DNA of 62,675 bases, filler included, from Theionarchaea archaeon (GTDB taxonomy: Archaea; Methanobacteriota_B; Thermococci; Methanofastidiosales; SZ-28-30), in assembly GCA_018992565.1 (NCBI GenBank). It is 7 parts of 7 records of this genome, joined end to end, with 100 filler letters (N's around TTAATTAATTAA, not from the genome) between each part and the next. Parts side by side here need not be neighbours in the genome. Positions count along the whole stretch, not along the records: positions 59,241 to 62,675 come from JACVGW010000144.1; 6 more parts are not named here. One strand, 5' to 3'. Position numbers and translations under genes: made by a program. Under the pieces are notes generated by a model, which did no database searches, was not told the DNA's origin, and was given only the letters and a program-made list of their open reading frames with translations. Shown here in pieces: positions 61,656 through 62,675 of the stretch. Numbering within the stretch: position 1 is the first letter of the stretch; the number at the start of each line of letters is the position of its first letter.

Positions 61656-62675
61656 TTGAAAGGTAAGAAAATCTCAACACTCATACTGGCAGCTTTACTG
61701 GGACTCAGCATTCCCGCAGTCTTTTCTACTACGGATTCGTTCTCAGTGGACTATCATTTTTCAGCCCAGTTACAGGGGACCCAGTGGATGATAAAGGACA
61801 CTATTATCCAGGAGATACCTGGAGAACCGCTGATGCCGTACTATCCTGCACAGATTCTCCTTCCCCAGGATGCAGTATTGAAAGATATTTCCGTGAAGAC
61901 AGGTCCTCCTGTGATACAGGAAGGAGTTGATATCACGTGGGGTCAGCCACCCGTCACCTTTAGTAATACAGATACTCTTCACCAGGTGGGGAGGAATGAA
62001 CTGGTATATAACTCTGATACGTGGTATCCGGATACGCTTTACACAGTGGTATCTGAAGAGTCTTTCAGAGGGTTCACCATGCTGAATGTAATGTTGTACC
62101 CCCTGCAGTACAAGCCCAAGACGGGAACAGTCAAATTCTATGAGAGGTTGACCGTGACTGTCAACATTGGCAAGGGTAAGAAGAACAGCTTATACAGAGG
62201 ACTGCCCGGTGACAGGGATGCAGTGGCCCAGATGGTAGATAACCCCGATATGACTGCAACGTACGCCGAGCCTGCTGAAGCACAGCCTTTCCTTCAGGGA
62301 GGCCCGTACCCATATGTCATCATAACTAGTTCGACCCTGGCTCCGGCGTTCCAGGAGCTTCTTGAACACAAGATTGACTATATCAGGACCAAGCTGGTGG
62401 ACGTCAGCTGGATCTACAGCAACTATACTGGGTACGACAATCCTGAAAAGATCAGGAATTTCATCATTGATGCATATAATGACTGGGACACAACCTACTG
62501 CTTGTTGGGTGGTGATATTTCTGCTGTTCCTTACAGAGGGTTCTGGGTGTCAACTGGAGGGTATACTGATTCAGACATGGCAGCGGACATGTACTTCGGG
62601 TGCTTGGATGGCACCTTTGATGCAGATGGTGACCATATTTACGGTGAGCCCAACGATGGTGTAGACTGGCTGGAA
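61656..62675 (+). CDS. Peptidase C25 paralog 3, runs off the window end
   Basis: TTG after GGAGGTGA; IQEIPGEPLMPYYPAQILLPQ, WGQPP, LLGGD and DSDMAADMYFGCLDG closely match paralogs 1 and 2. Confidence 0.88.
   Translation, partial: MKGKKISTLILAALLGLSIPAVFSTTDSFSVDYHFSAQLQGTQWMIKDTIIQEIPGEPLMPYYPAQILLPQDAVLKDISVKTGPPVIQEGVDITWGQPPVTFSNTDTLHQVGRNELVYNSDTWYPDTLYTVVSEESFRGFTMLNVMLYPLQYKPKTGTVKFYERLTVTVNIGKGKKNSLYRGLPGDRDAVAQMVDNPDMTATYAEPAEAQPFLQGGPYPYVIITSSTLAPAFQELLEHKIDYIRTKLVDVSWIYSNYTGYDNPEKIRNFIIDAYNDWDTTYCLLGGDISAVPYRGFWVSTGGYTDSDMAADMYFGCLDGTFDADGDHIYGEPNDGVDWLE

Noticed and set aside
137..62664. Numerous overlapping antisense or alternate-frame ORFs in the track (e.g. 11037-11537, 38544-39173, 41078-41734, 56952-57299)
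   Set aside because: They are shadows of well-supported genes or RNA features and have no protein motifs.

Overview
This is an archaeal metagenome-assembled genome window. The gene content points to Theionarchaea or a Thermococci-related lineage (inference): EF-1alpha-S10, thiolase/HMG-CoA synthase, GGR/DGGGP synthase, an S-layer C-terminus, three C25 peptidases and V4R. The window is not contiguous. Six N-padded TTAATTAATTAA linkers join seven contigs, and there is one plain 100-N gap, so adjacency across linkers means nothing. Most genes are housekeeping or metabolic: pstCAB, acs, acyl-CoA dehydrogenase, lipid synthesis, rnhB, ahcY, proS, gltX, tRNA-Val, rfbBC and peptidases. The best candidate for a new system is an archaeal RiPP locus. 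It consists of an unannotated 47-aa Cys/Tyr-rich precursor (56991-57134, MGLNPKLLKASFGVTPEDEFDPGGGCGYCTVQYYACWPKYCNNVYLY) divergent from a PqqD/RRE-radical SAM-SPASM maturase (55550-56921), and the contig end cuts the cluster. Other candidates are: a promoter-bearing two-hairpin small RNA (about 9627-9715); a type I toxin-like small hydrophobic ORF (10703-10801); a secreted Gly-tailed micropeptide overlapping a frameshifted Lrp-like regulator (27370-28140); a wHTH protein with a degenerate LAGLIDADG domain (31912-33441); and a probable ACG start codon for rfbC. All family assignments come from motif recognition by eye, and no database searches were run.
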